DNA of 64,000 bases from an uncultured delta proteobacterium. GTDB lineage: Bacteria > Myxococcota_A > Polyangia > Polyangiales > Polyangiaceae. Every line of letters begins with the position of its first letter. The first letter of the stretch is position 1. Below are positions 30,088 through 40,159 of the stretch, in pieces. The notes below the pieces were generated by a model. It ran no database searches. It worked only from the letters and a program-made list of their open reading frames with translations, and was not told the DNA's origin. The translations under genes and the position numbers were made by a program. The stretch spans positions 19,863 through 83,862 of the forward strand of contig CAVQUB010000017.1 in the NCBI GenBank assembly GCA_963716725.1. The letters run 5' to 3'.

Positions 30088-32220
30088 ATGGTTCCCTTTC
30101 TGGGCGCGTTTGCCCTCGCGGGAGTGCTCGTGGCTTTCGGCTACGCCTCCGTCGTGGTCGTGGCGGCGACGCTCACCTTTGGGGTTTCGAGCGCATTCGG
30201 GGGCGGCGGCTGGGCCGGAGCTCTGGGCAGCGTGCTCGCCTCCGTGTCGGCCGTGGCGCTCTTGGAGGTCGTCCTGCGTTCGCGGGCGTCGCGTCGTGAT
30301 CCGCGCTGGGTCATCGATCTCCGCACCTTGTCCGAGAGTCGCCGGATCACCCTCGATTGCATCGGGGGCGAGGCGCAAGCCCTCGCACGGGCCCTCGCCC
30401 TCGGGGTCGCCGTGCCCGATACCATCGTGCTCAGCGCCGAGCTGACCGAGGCCTGGGTTCGGGAGAGCCGCGTGGCACGGCGCGGGGCCGATCCGGCGAG
30501 CCTGCTGCCACCGGGAGCCCTCGCCCCACTGCAAGCGTTCCTGCACCGCTGTGACGGCGGCAAGCTCGTGGTGCGCCCATCGTTTCGTGGAACCGACCCG
30601 GCGGCAACCTACGCCGGACTGTTCACCACCGTCGGTGACGTCGATCCGCTGACCTTCCATGGCTTGGCGGCCGCAGTCCTGCGGGTCGCAGACTCGGCGG
30701 AGTCCAACCCCGTGCACGACTACCGGCGGCGGATGCGTCAAGTAGCGACCATCCATCGCTCGGTGGTGTTGCAGCGGCAGATTGACGCCGACGTCGCTGG
30801 AGTCGCCCAGTCGCGCGGTCTCGACGGGCGCGCCGACTCCATCTTGATCGACTTTGCGAAGCGTCGCGCGCCGACCATGACCGTCAGCTACGATCTGATC
30901 GACGGCGCAGTGCTGGCCGTCGCGCCCGACACGCCACTCGATGCGACACCGAGCTGGATGAATCGTCTGGCGGCGCTGGTGGTCGCCCTGGACAGCGAGC
31001 TTGGCGGCACCGTACTGGTGCACTTCGCGGTCGAGAAGGGCCGGCTCTGGGTCCAGTCGGTGCGTCGCGTGCAGACCGAAGAGCGCACGACGTGGGTCAG
31101 CGCGAGCGGGCCTTTGGAGGCGCTATTCCCTCGGCTTCCGCGCTTCGTGTGCGAGACCTTTGGTGACGCGAGCGTCTTGATCGACGGAGCCAACGACGCC
31201 CTCGGCGGCCTCGCGGTCACGACCAGGGACGATGTCCGTTTCGAGGAGGGTGTGCGTTACCTCAACGTCGAGGTCTTACGTCGGGCGCTGGGGCGCCTGG
31301 GGGCGGAGATCCTCTTCGCCGAGCCCGTCTGGCGACTCGTGGCGCTGGCGAGACGGCGGCCGCGCCGCCCATTTCTGAAGCCGCCCGAAGTCGACGCGGA
31401 CGTCGCCAGGAGCATCGACAAGCTGCGCTCCTGGCAGAGCCGAGTCTTGCTGCCGCTCGCCCGGGAACACGTGGCGCTCGGCCTTCGACGTTGGCTCATC
31501 GAAGCGGTCGTCGGGATGCTGTCGGACGGCGGGACGGGTGAGGACATTCCGCGCATGCACCGGCGGCTGCGGCCGTTGCTCAAGCAGCGCGCGGCCGGTT
31601 GCTCGGCGGAGCACGAGCGCGCTCGCCGGCACCTGGAGGCGAGCGAGCCTGCCGTTCGGCACTTTGCAGCGCAGCTCTTGGCCCGGGGTGCCACGGATTG
31701 GAGCGGTGTGTTCGTCGGTGAGCGTCACCTGCACGCGGGGCTCGACGAAATGACGCGCTGGGCGCACTCGCCGGCGGAGCGCGACGCCCTCAGCGCCAGT
31801 TGGGACGAAGAGCAGCTCGGATTCGAGGCCCGGCATCTGATGGAGACGCCAGAGCGCATCGTCGAGCCGGCGCCGCCGGACAGCATGCTCTCCCTCGCCG
31901 ACGCGGCCCTGGTGGTGGTCGGGCTGACCACCGGAAGCGCCGCGGGCATCGTCGTGGCTCCGAGCAATTCTCGGGGACAGGTCCCCGCGGACGCGGTGGT
32001 GGTGTTGCCCGACGGGCGCGCGGAGTTTGCGGGGACCGTGCTGGGCGCGCGCGCGCTGATCCTGGCCGGAGGCGGCGCGCTCTCCCCCATGGCGCAGCTC
32101 GCGAGGGAACTGGGCATGCCCACCGTGCTCACGGTGCAGCGCTTGCCCGTGACGAGCTTGCCCCTCGGACGGGTCGTGCAGGTCGATGGAGCGCTCGGTG
32201 CACTGGAGGTGCGCACGTGA
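30088..32220 (+). CDS. Degenerate PEP-utilizing enzyme/dikinase-like protein with N-terminal TM helices
   Basis: ATP-grasp-like IGGEAQAL..GVAVP, VVRPS..YAGLF, VVLQRQI..GV; swivel-domain-like GGALSPMAQLARELGMP...VDG. Confidence 0.7.
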   Translation: MVPFLGAFALAGVLVAFGYASVVVVAATLTFGVSSAFGGGGWAGALGSVLASVSAVALLEVVLRSRASRRDPRWVIDLRTLSESRRITLDCIGGEAQALARALALGVAVPDTIVLSAELTEAWVRESRVARRGADPASLLPPGALAPLQAFLHRCDGGKLVVRPSFRGTDPAATYAGLFTTVGDVDPLTFHGLAAAVLRVADSAESNPVHDYRRRMRQVATIHRSVVLQRQIDADVAGVAQSRGLDGRADSILIDFAKRRAPTMTVSYDLIDGAVLAVAPDTPLDATPSWMNRLAALVVALDSELGGTVLVHFAVEKGRLWVQSVRRVQTEERTTWVSASGPLEALFPRLPRFVCETFGDASVLIDGANDALGGLAVTTRDDVRFEEGVRYLNVEVLRRALGRLGAEILFAEPVWRLVALARRRPRRPFLKPPEVDADVARSIDKLRSWQSRVLLPLAREHVALGLRRWLIEAVVGMLSDGGTGEDIPRMHRRLRPLLKQRAAGCSAEHERARRHLEASEPAVRHFAAQLLARGATDWSGVFVGERHLHAGLDEMTRWAHSPAERDALSASWDEEQLGFEARHLMETPERIVEPAPPDSMLSLADAALVVVGLTTGSAAGIVVAPSNSRGQVPADAVVVLPDGRAEFAGTVLGARALILAGGGALSPMAQLARELGMPTVLTVQRLPVTSLPLGRVVQVDGALGALEVRT

Positions 32221-33758
32221 GCGGGTGGCTGGTCGGAGCGAGCGTGCTCGGATCGGGACTTGGACTGGCCGCGATGCTGTGGCTCGCGCGCCGCGTCGCC
32301 GATCGACTGGGCTCGGACGACCCCGCGGGCTGGCGCTCGGCGCTGTGGGCCATCGTTGCCCTCGGTCTGCTCGCCGGTCTCTACTTCGTGCCCGGAGCTC
32401 TGCCGTCGCTCGGCATCGTCGTGCTCCTCACGATCTGGGCGCTGGTCGGTACGGCGCTCGAACAGCGAGGCGGGGTGCTCCGCGGCCGCTTGGCCGTGCT
32501 TCAGCTCTATGCCGTCTTCTTCTGCTCGGCGTACCTCTACGCCAACGGGGCAGGCCTGCTGGTGGGGACGCGCGCCTCCGCGGTCGCGTCGTTTGCGCTG
32601 CACGAGCAGCTCACGCAAGTCTCCCTGCCGCTGGCCGATCGCGTGCTTGGCTTCTCGCGAGCGGCCGACCCTGCCGTCGCAGCCTACGCGGTGAGTGCTG
32701 GCCTCTCACGCCACTTGCTGCTCTGGCTCGCCGTCGCAGCCTTCGTGTTCGCGGTGTACGCGGCCGCCTACCTCGCTCGACGTCCGCTCCCGCTGCCCGG
32801 CGCAGGCCTCCTGCCCAGCCCGCGCATTTTTGCCTTGGTCTTCGCGGCGCTGTCCATGGCGAGCGCGCTCACGCCCTCTGCCCACCCCGTCGGACACTTC
32901 ATTCATCTGCCCGCCCTGGTCCTGTGCCCGTTGTTCGTCGCGGATGGAGGCGCCTTGCTCCACCGCTGGCTCTTGCCGCTGCGAGCCCGTGGCCTCGTGC
33001 TCGCGCTGCTCGTCGCGGCCTTTCTCGTGCTGCCCGCCCTGGCCTTCGTCGTCGCCGCGCTGGGCGTGATCTCGCAGCTCGCCGGCCTCCGGGAGCTCTT
33101 GCCCTTCGCCGCAATCGACGAAGCTCCGCTGAAACGTCCTGGCCTGGCGGTGATGCTGGCGCCGGTTGGCCTGGCGTCTCTGTGCGTCGTCGCCGGTGCT
33201 TCCGCGGCCGCGCTCGGGCTTGGCAGCGTGTCGCCGTTGCTCGGGGCCTCGGCGGAAGTCTGTGGCAACGCCGAGGCGAGCGTGGACTGGGAGTTGCGCA
33301 CGGCGACGTTCCCGCTAGCGAGCGGGCGTTTCACCATGGACCTGGACGAGACGCCCCTCGACCTGTCGGCTCCGACCCGGACCTGCGAGCTGGCCGGCAA
33401 GCGTCTGTGCACCTCCGACGAATGGTACCTCGCCTGCGCCTGCACCTATCCGCTCGAGGTCGAAGCGGGCACCAAGACGTCGACGCTCTACGCGCTCGTC
33501 GCGCGTGCCGATCGGGAGCGAGCTGCCGGCGAACCCGGACCACGTCAGCCGACCACGGCGGCCGACAAACGCAGCGAACTCCGGGGGCTGCTCACCGGCA
33601 AAACTGAGCTGGTCTCGCAGGCGAGGCGTCGTGGCCTGCTGCTGGCGGGGCCCAGCGACGCTCAGCGCGATGCGTGGACGGTCGACTGTCGCCACCGCTC
33701 TTTCTCGACCGAGCGCGCCGTCGGGGCCGCTCCGGCCGCGGCGCGATGCTGTCGCTGA
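32217..33758 (+). CDS. Multi-pass membrane protein with degenerate FGE/SUMF1-like C-terminal domain
   Basis: Many TM helices; CELAGKRLCTSDEWYLAC and terminal RCCR resemble FGE-sulfatase family motifs. Confidence 0.6.
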   Translation: MSGWLVGASVLGSGLGLAAMLWLARRVADRLGSDDPAGWRSALWAIVALGLLAGLYFVPGALPSLGIVVLLTIWALVGTALEQRGGVLRGRLAVLQLYAVFFCSAYLYANGAGLLVGTRASAVASFALHEQLTQVSLPLADRVLGFSRAADPAVAAYAVSAGLSRHLLLWLAVAAFVFAVYAAAYLARRPLPLPGAGLLPSPRIFALVFAALSMASALTPSAHPVGHFIHLPALVLCPLFVADGGALLHRWLLPLRARGLVLALLVAAFLVLPALAFVVAALGVISQLAGLRELLPFAAIDEAPLKRPGLAVMLAPVGLASLCVVAGASAAALGLGSVSPLLGASAEVCGNAEASVDWELRTATFPLASGRFTMDLDETPLDLSAPTRTCELAGKRLCTSDEWYLACACTYPLEVEAGTKTSTLYALVARADRERAAGEPGPRQPTTAADKRSELRGLLTGKTELVSQARRRGLLLAGPSDAQRDAWTVDCRHRSFSTERAVGAAPAAARCCR

Positions 33759-33803
33759 CGGGCACCCTTTCGTCGGGGCGGGGGATGCTCTAGCGTTCGC
33801 GTC

Positions 33804-34787
33804 ATGTCGAAGGTCTTCGAAGACAACTCCCAGTCCATCGGGCGGACGCCGCTGATCAAGATCAACCGGATCACGGCCGGCGCTTCCGCGACGGTGCTCG
33901 CCAAGATCGAGGGGCGGAACCCCGCGTACTCGGTCAAGTGTCGCATCGGTGCGGCCATGGTGGCCGACGCCGAGAAGCGCGGCCTGTTGGGCCCCGGCAA
34001 GACCATCATCGAAGCTACCAGCGGCAACACCGGCATCGCGCTGGCGTTCGCGGCTGCGTCGCGCGGCATCGAGTGCGTGCTCACCATGCCCGACACCATG
34101 ACCATCGAAAGGCGCAAGGTGCTGGTAGCGTTCGGAGCCAAGCTGATCCTGACGCCCGGCGCACAGGGCATGAAGGGCGCCATCGCCAAGGCCGAGGAGC
34201 TGGCGGCGGCCGAGCCGAGCCGCTACGTGCCCATGCGGCAGTTCGACAACCCCGCGAACCCTGCCATCCACGAGACCACCACTGGGCCCGAGATCTGGAA
34301 TGACACCGACGGCAAAGTGGACGTCTTCGTCTCGGGGGTGGGCACCGGTGGGACCCTCACCGGCGTCAGTCGATTTTTCGAGAAGACGAAGGGGCGGGCG
34401 CTGCACACCGTCGCGGTCGAGCCGAAGGCTTCTCCGGTCATCGCGCAGACCATCGCTGGCGAGCCGCTAGCCCCGTCACCCCACAAGATCCAGGGTCTCG
34501 GCGCGGGCTTCGTGCCCAAGAACCTCGACCTCTCGTTCGTCGATCAGGTCGAACACGTCACCAACGAGGAGTCGATCGAGATGGCGCGGCGCCTCGCCAA
34601 GGAGGAGGGCATCCTAGCGGGCATCTCCTGCGGCGCCGCCATGGTCGTGGCCGATCGGCTGGCGCGGGACGCTCGCTTTGCGGGAAAGACCATCGTGGTC
34701 GTGCTGCCGGACTCCGGCGAGCGCTACCTGAGCGGAGCGCTCTACGAGGGCCTCTTCGACGAGGTCGCGACCGCGACGGCCAGCTGA
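33804..34787 (+). CDS. cysK: Cysteine synthase A (O-acetylserine sulfhydrylase)
   Basis: [11 protein letters not shown] (PLP Lys), [26 protein letters not shown]. Confidence 0.97.
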   Translation: MSKVFEDNSQSIGRTPLIKINRITAGASATVLAKIEGRNPAYSVKCRIGAAMVADAEKRGLLGPGKTIIEATSGNTGIALAFAAASRGIECVLTMPDTMTIERRKVLVAFGAKLILTPGAQGMKGAIAKAEELAAAEPSRYVPMRQFDNPANPAIHETTTGPEIWNDTDGKVDVFVSGVGTGGTLTGVSRFFEKTKGRALHTVAVEPKASPVIAQTIAGEPLAPSPHKIQGLGAGFVPKNLDLSFVDQVEHVTNEESIEMARRLAKEEGILAGISCGAAMVVADRLARDARFAGKTIVVVLPDSGERYLSGALYEGLFDEVATATAS

Positions 34788-34841
34788 GCTCGGCTGGACG
34801 CACCCCCAAGCCGCGGCCTGCTCGGCGGTGTCGTGTGCGGG

Positions 34842-35351
34842 TCACTCTCGGTCTGGATCTGGAAGGCGATGCTTGATGGCAGTGAGCTCAGCAATGTCGA
34901 GCAGATCCTGGGGGCGCCCCGCCGCGCGCTTCATCTCGATTAGATCGTCAATCGAGACGACCAAGAACCCGTAGCCGCCGAGCTCGACGGTCTTCGCCCG
35001 CGCCTTGAGTTGCTCGAAGCGGTGGCTCTGCTGGACCAGGAGATCGATCTCGATCGCGCCGCTGGTCGACCGAAAGGTAAGCGCCAACATGCCTTTGTCG
35101 CGCATCCACTTCTCGATGTTCAAGACGTCTTTGATTGACTCCCGCGTTTCCGGGATGCGGGGTCGTCCCCCGGCGTCCCAGATCGCGTCGATCAGCCCAG
35201 GCCACGTCTTCGCATCGAGCCTCGGCACGACGTCGACGTCGTAGGTCACGCGCCGCCCGCCGTGCAGGAAGGCCGCAACGCCACCAACGATGACGAACTC
35301 CGCCCCGGCGTCAGCGAGCAGATTCAGTAGTTTCAGGAAGTCCTGGGGCAT
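34842..35351 (-). CDS. Nucleotidyltransferase-fold protein (putative toxin-antitoxin component)
   Basis: VIVGGVAAFLHG...TYDVD and LIEMKRAAGRPQDLLD motifs. Confidence 0.8.
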   Translation of the reverse strand: MPQDFLKLLNLLADAGAEFVIVGGVAAFLHGGRRVTYDVDVVPRLDAKTWPGLIDAIWDAGGRPRIPETRESIKDVLNIEKWMRDKGMLALTFRSTSGAIEIDLLVQQSHRFEQLKARAKTVELGGYGFLVVSIDDLIEMKRAAGRPQDLLDIAELTAIKHRLPDPDRE

Positions 35352-35556
35352 ATTCCGGGTGCTGCGCGATCATGGCTTGTCGCATCTTGGCCAACGCGGT
35401 CGCAGCGGCCGTGAGGTTCGCGAGGCGCTGTTCGAAGCTGGCGCTCGTGAGGGGAGCTACGACGCCCAGATCCGGCGATACTCCAGTCCAATCGGCCTCG
35501 GGCGCGGGCGTCGCGGTGGTTGTCGCGCACGCCGCGGAGTCATCCGTTCTCGCCAT
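35311..35556 (-). CDS. Small upstream partner of the nucleotidyltransferase (putative antitoxin)
   Basis: 81-aa ORF overlapping the nucleotidyltransferase start; SFEQRLANL helix. Confidence 0.45.
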   Translation of the reverse strand: MARTDDSAACATTTATPAPEADWTGVSPDLGVVAPLTSASFEQRLANLTAAATALAKMRQAMIAQHPEYAPGLPETTESAR

Positions 35557-35768
35557 GGTGACCTGGCAACAGTAACGCGCCGCCCCGCCCTCGACAACAG
35601 CCCTCACCGCACCAGGCTCACCACCACCGCGTCGCAAAGACTCAGATCCTTTCTCCAACCGGCGCGTAACAGCATCAATCACCGCTGACGCGCCCGCCGG
35701 GTGCCACGCAACCGACACGCTCGAGCAGGGATGCGCGGGTGTGTTGGTCCGCCGAGAGGAAAAAAGGG

Positions 35769-37190
35769 ATGATTCGCCGTTGGCTAAGGACGCCGAGGGC
35801 CCGTCGGGGTCTGGCATTGGGTATCGTCGTGCTCGCAACCGGAGGCTTGGTCCTCGCCCGGGCGCCTGGGGGAGCGTCACTGTCGACCTTCGGGGTCGCT
35901 TCGGGCCAGAACGCCACCACCTTCTCGGGTCCTGGTGCCAGCGGATCGCTCGCGCTCAGTCAGACCAAGGTTCACACTCAGGGTGCGCAGACGGTGTTCG
36001 CGGAGCTCCGGCTCAGGGCCGACGCGAGCCGCGCCGTGGCCGAAGAGCGCGCGCCGCTCTCGCTGGCCATCGTCATCGACACCTCGGGTTCGATGAGCGG
36101 GGAGAAGATCGAGAGCGCGAAGCGCAGCGTGATTTCGTTCCTGCGGCAAATGCGGGACGACGACGAGGTCGCGGTCGTTCGCTACGATCACGCGCACGAG
36201 GTCTTGCAGCCGCTGGCGCGGGTCGGAGCCATTCGGAGCTCGCTGATCGACAAGGTGAGCACGCTGCAAGCCGGGGGCGGCACGAACATTCCGCCGGCCT
36301 TGAGCCAAGGGCTCTCGCTCTTGTCCGATTCCGGAGCGCGGCGTGTCCGACGCGTGGTGTTGGTGAGCGACGGCTTGGACAGCGGTCGGGACCGCGCCTC
36401 GCAGATCGCGCAGTCGGCGTCGGACTCCCGCACGACGGTGTCCGCCCTGGGCATCGGGCTCGACTTCGACGAGGGCTACATGTCCGCGGTCGCTGGCTCC
36501 GGGCGCGGAAACTTCGGGTTTGTCCAGGACGCAGGGACCCTCGCTCGATTCTTGGAGCGCGAGCTGAAGGAGACCGCGAACACGGTCATCGAGTCGGCTC
36601 GAGCCAGCGTCGAGCTGCCGGCGGGCGCGCGCTTCGTGCGGGCCGTGGGCGCTCGGGGCTCAGTCTCGGGCAATACCCTCGAGTTGGACGTCGGATCGCT
36701 GTTTGCGGGCGACGAGCGACGCGTCGTTGTCGAACTCGCCTTCGACGCCGAGCACGGCGAGAGCATGCCGCTGCGGGCAGACGTGTCGTGGCAGCGCGTG
36801 GGAGGCGATCGGGTGAACTCGAGGCTGGCCGCGCTCACCGTGACGGGCGAGCGCGACGGCGAAGCGGTCCTCGCCTCCCGTGATGGCAGCATCTACGCCA
36901 GCGCGCTGTCGGCCACGGCGTCGCTGCGGCAAATCGCGGCGGCGGAGGCCTACGCCCGCGGCGATCGCGACCAAGCCGACGATCTGCTGAAGCAGAACGA
37001 GCAGAGCCTCCAGGTCGCGGCGGCGGCGGCGCCCGAGGCCGAGCGGGCCGCGATCGGTCGACAGCTGGACGAAGTGAGCGACGCGCGGAGCAAGTTCAAT
37101 CGCTTTGCTCCAGGGTCTCCCGCCGCCAAGGCCGCCGGCAAGAGCTCCGCGGCCAAGAACGCCGAGAACCTCTCGCGCAAAGCCTTCTGA
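35769..37190 (+). CDS. vWA (von Willebrand factor A) domain protein
   Basis: MIDAS motifs DTSGSM, GGT, SDG; N-terminal signal/TM segment. Confidence 0.9.
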   Translation: MIRRWLRTPRARRGLALGIVVLATGGLVLARAPGGASLSTFGVASGQNATTFSGPGASGSLALSQTKVHTQGAQTVFAELRLRADASRAVAEERAPLSLAIVIDTSGSMSGEKIESAKRSVISFLRQMRDDDEVAVVRYDHAHEVLQPLARVGAIRSSLIDKVSTLQAGGGTNIPPALSQGLSLLSDSGARRVRRVVLVSDGLDSGRDRASQIAQSASDSRTTVSALGIGLDFDEGYMSAVAGSGRGNFGFVQDAGTLARFLERELKETANTVIESARASVELPAGARFVRAVGARGSVSGNTLELDVGSLFAGDERRVVVELAFDAEHGESMPLRADVSWQRVGGDRVNSRLAALTVTGERDGEAVLASRDGSIYASALSATASLRQIAAAEAYARGDRDQADDLLKQNEQSLQVAAAAAPEAERAAIGRQLDEVSDARSKFNRFAPGSPAAKAAGKSSAAKNAENLSRKAF

Positions 37191-37205
37191 GCCGAGGAGA
37201 ACGTC

Positions 37206-38042
37206 ATGCGCGCACTGACCCTGCTCTTTGCTTCGGCCTTGGCCTACGGGCTCCTGCCCTTCTCGACCCGCCTCGGCACGGTGCTCGGAGCCGTCATCGC
37301 CGTCGGCTTCGGCGTGCTCCTGGCCCTCGCCGCGAGCTTCTCGGCGAATGCCATTGCGGTGGCGTCTGGAGCCATCGGGGCCTTCGCCAGCGGCGTGCTC
37401 TCGACCCACGCCGCCGCGCTGGCGGGTGCGGTGCTGCTCGGACTGGCGTTCTCCGAGCGAACCTTGCGCGTTCGCGATCGTAACTCACGCATCGTGCACG
37501 TGATCGTCGCGCTCGGCGCCGGCGGGTTGGCTGGCCACCTGGCGATGCAATACGCGGCCTCGGATGTCCTGGTACGGGCGGTCGTGATCGTGATCGCGGC
37601 CGTGCTCTCCGCCGCGCCGTTGATGATCCCCGCCGACGACCCACTGGCCCACGCCTTGGATGACCTCGGTGGATCCATCAGCGGTGAGTCGGGCCAGAAG
37701 CTCAGCGCGGCGGCGGAGCTCCGTCGCTCCGTGGACGAGTCGTTGCTCGATGCGACCGGGGCCCGCGACGCGCGCCGGGCTTGGAAGAACTTGCTGGGTC
37801 TGGGGCAAGCGCGCGCCCGCCTGGCCACCGCCAAGGCTCCGGGGGAGCGCGCGCAAGCCGTGATCCGGCGGGTCGATCAGCGCATCGCGGAGCACGTGGA
37901 CAGTCTGACTCGCATGTACACGGCGGCCGACGCCGCGAGCGCCGCGGGGCTGAGCCTCGACGACGCAGCGCTGCGCAGCGTGGAGACGACCCTCGAGACC
38001 CTGGACGAGGTCAGCAAGGCGATGATGGAGGAGGTCGCGTGA
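37206..38042 (+). CDS. Hypothetical membrane protein with helical C-terminal domain
   Basis: Strong RBS gaggag; about 5 TM segments; operonic with the vWA gene. Confidence 0.7.
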   Translation: MRALTLLFASALAYGLLPFSTRLGTVLGAVIAVGFGVLLALAASFSANAIAVASGAIGAFASGVLSTHAAALAGAVLLGLAFSERTLRVRDRNSRIVHVIVALGAGGLAGHLAMQYAASDVLVRAVVIVIAAVLSAAPLMIPADDPLAHALDDLGGSISGESGQKLSAAAELRRSVDESLLDATGARDARRAWKNLLGLGQARARLATAKAPGERAQAVIRRVDQRIAEHVDSLTRMYTAADAASAAGLSLDDAALRSVETTLETLDEVSKAMMEEVA

Positions 38043-38473
38043 AGCGCCGCTCGCGGGCCGCCCGTCTGGTGAGCGTGAAGAGTTGGCTCTTGCCGACGCT
38101 GATCGGTCCCGGCCTGGGCGCCCTGGCCTTCGTCGTCGTGCACGCCCTGGTGACGGGCATGGGCACCGGGCGAGTGCTGGTGGAGGTGGTCGCCTCGGCG
38201 GCGGTCGCGGCGGTGCTGACCGCGGTGCTCTCGCTAGTCGACATCGGCCTCTTGCTCACGCGACTGCGCACTCCGCCCACATCGACCAAGGCTTGGCTTT
38301 CGTCGGCGCTCGCGGGGGCGTGCGCGGTCCTGCTCTGGCGCTTGCTCCGGCCGGCGCTCCTGAGCGCGCCGTCGAGCCATGGCGTTGCCGTCTTGGCCGC
38401 GGTGATCGTCGCCGCCATCGCAGTGCGCGTGCTCGCCGGAGATCGGCCCAGCGCGTGGCTGCGATTTTCGTGA
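38039..38473 (+). CDS. Hypothetical 4-TM membrane protein
   Basis: Hydrophobic ORF with GTGA overlap to the upstream gene; start uncertain. Confidence 0.6.
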   Translation: MKRRSRAARLVSVKSWLLPTLIGPGLGALAFVVVHALVTGMGTGRVLVEVVASAAVAAVLTAVLSLVDIGLLLTRLRTPPTSTKAWLSSALAGACAVLLWRLLRPALLSAPSSHGVAVLAAVIVAAIAVRVLAGDRPSAWLRFS

Positions 38474-38479
38474 CGCGAC

Positions 38480-39424
38480 TCAGTGCAACAGCGCCGTGAA
38501 CGACAGGTGGTAGCCCGTCGCGGTGTCATCGAAGGTGTTGCCGAGGCGGGTGTGATCCGCGGCTGCTGCCAAGATGCGCGCCTCGGCTCCGAATGACCAT
38601 TGGTCGCCGACCCAGAAATCGTAGCCGCCGAAGAGCGCGGCGCCGCCTCCGCTGGCCGAGTTGCCGTCCTCGTCCTGGAGCCCGATGTTTGCGGGTCCGA
38701 TCAGCAGCCCTACGTGAGCGCCGCCTTTCGGATCGGGAAACCAATCGAGGACCACTCCCAGGATTGAAACGCCGAGGGACTGGTCGTCGACTTTGTCGCT
38801 CAGCGACTGGTCGCCAGCTTCGACCTCCAGATCGGGGTGGGTCAGGTCTTGACCGACGACGCCGCCGCCAATCACGATGCCGGCTCCGACCGTGCCGCCG
38901 ATGAGCAGCTCGAAGGTTGGGCCAAACCCGGTGTAGGTGGCTTTCACTCCGTCGGTGTCGCCGGTGCCTTCGGCGACGACGCGGCCGTAGCCCGCCCCCA
39001 GGCCCATGCGCAGATAGAACCCGTCGTGGTGGCGCTTCGAGGTGTCGGGCTTCGCGGGGGGCGGAGGCTGCGGTGGTCCGTACCCCGGCGGCGGGCCGTA
39101 GCCCGGTGGATAGCCCTGCCCCGGTGGGTAGTAGTAGCCGGGTGGCGGCGGGTAGTAGCCAGGTGGTGGCGGAGAGTAACCGGGCTGCGCGCCGGGTTGC
39201 GGCGCGTAGTAGGGCCCGGGCGGAGGCGGGGGCACTGCGCCGGGTGGCGGAGCCGGTTGGGGCGGAGCAGGCGGCGGCTCCAGCGGAGCCTCGGTGCCAG
39301 CCGGCGCGGGCGACTCAGGGGCCGTTGGCGGAGCGGAGGGCGCTGAGGGCGGAGCCGCGGATTGGGCTGCGGCGTGCGAGGTGACGAAGCAAATCAGTGC
39401 GCAGCCCAGAGCGGTGAGACGCAT
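38480..39424 (-). CDS. Outer membrane beta-barrel protein with Pro/Tyr/Gly-rich N-terminus
   Basis: Signal peptide, PPPGY repeats, HDGFYLRMGLG and amphipathic strands. Confidence 0.75.
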   Translation of the reverse strand: MRLTALGCALICFVTSHAAAQSAAPPSAPSAPPTAPESPAPAGTEAPLEPPPAPPQPAPPPGAVPPPPPGPYYAPQPGAQPGYSPPPPGYYPPPPGYYYPPGQGYPPGYGPPPGYGPPQPPPPAKPDTSKRHHDGFYLRMGLGAGYGRVVAEGTGDTDGVKATYTGFGPTFELLIGGTVGAGIVIGGGVVGQDLTHPDLEVEAGDQSLSDKVDDQSLGVSILGVVLDWFPDPKGGAHVGLLIGPANIGLQDEDGNSASGGGAALFGGYDFWVGDQWSFGAEARILAAAADHTRLGNTFDDTATGYHLSFTALLH

Positions 39425-39447
39425 GGGCTAAAGGCTATCACGGGGCC

Positions 39448-40056
39448 CTATTCGGCGGCGAGCGAGCAGCTGACCGGGCGCGCGATCATCGCGGCACCCT
39501 CTGGCACCCAGGCCTGCCCCGGCGACCAGCGGACCTTGATGTTCTCCAGCCGGCCCACGAACTTGAGCTCGCAGTCCGCGACGAAGCGGGCGAGCTTCTT
39601 CTGATCGACGCCGGCCGACGGCTCACTGTGCAGCCGAAGCGCCATGTTGGGCTCAGCCCAGAGCCCGGCGATGAGCACCAGCTTGTTGTCGGGCCAGGTG
39701 CGATACGGCTGGATCAGATTCGTCCCGTTGTCGTCGAGGGGGGCGCTTGGATCCTTCGCGTGTGCCTCGGTCTCGGTCTTGAAAGCGCAGCGGGCACCGT
39801 CGAAGGTGTCGGCGTGAGAGCATCCCAGAAGCTCGTAGTCGGCGGTGACCAGGGTGACCTTGGCCTTACCGGTATTGCCAACCTGCCAGGTGCTCGTATC
39901 AGTGGCGTCCTTTTCCGGCGGACTGATCCAGTTGGCTAGGGGCGAGAAGGGCAGCACGATCATCGCGCCCAGGAAAGCGGCAGCGATGAGGAAGTGGCCG
40001 CTCGCGACCGGGATGGGTTCCCGGGGGCGTCGGCGGCGGACCGTCGTGGTGGCCAT
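39448..40056 (-). CDS. Hypothetical membrane-anchored protein
   Basis: N-terminal TM helix and four Cys; host-like codon usage. Confidence 0.65.
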   Translation of the reverse strand: MATTTVRRRRPREPIPVASGHFLIAAAFLGAMIVLPFSPLANWISPPEKDATDTSTWQVGNTGKAKVTLVTADYELLGCSHADTFDGARCAFKTETEAHAKDPSAPLDDNGTNLIQPYRTWPDNKLVLIAGLWAEPNMALRLHSEPSAGVDQKKLARFVADCELKFVGRLENIKVRWSPGQAWVPEGAAMIARPVSCSLAAE

Positions 40057-40159
40057 GCGGGGCGTTTTCTAGCCGTAAACGCGCGCACCGTCCATGGGTG
40101 TTCGTCCCGTCCGAGACCGAGGCCGGCTTTGAGCTATATCTCGGCGCGTGGCTGGCTCG

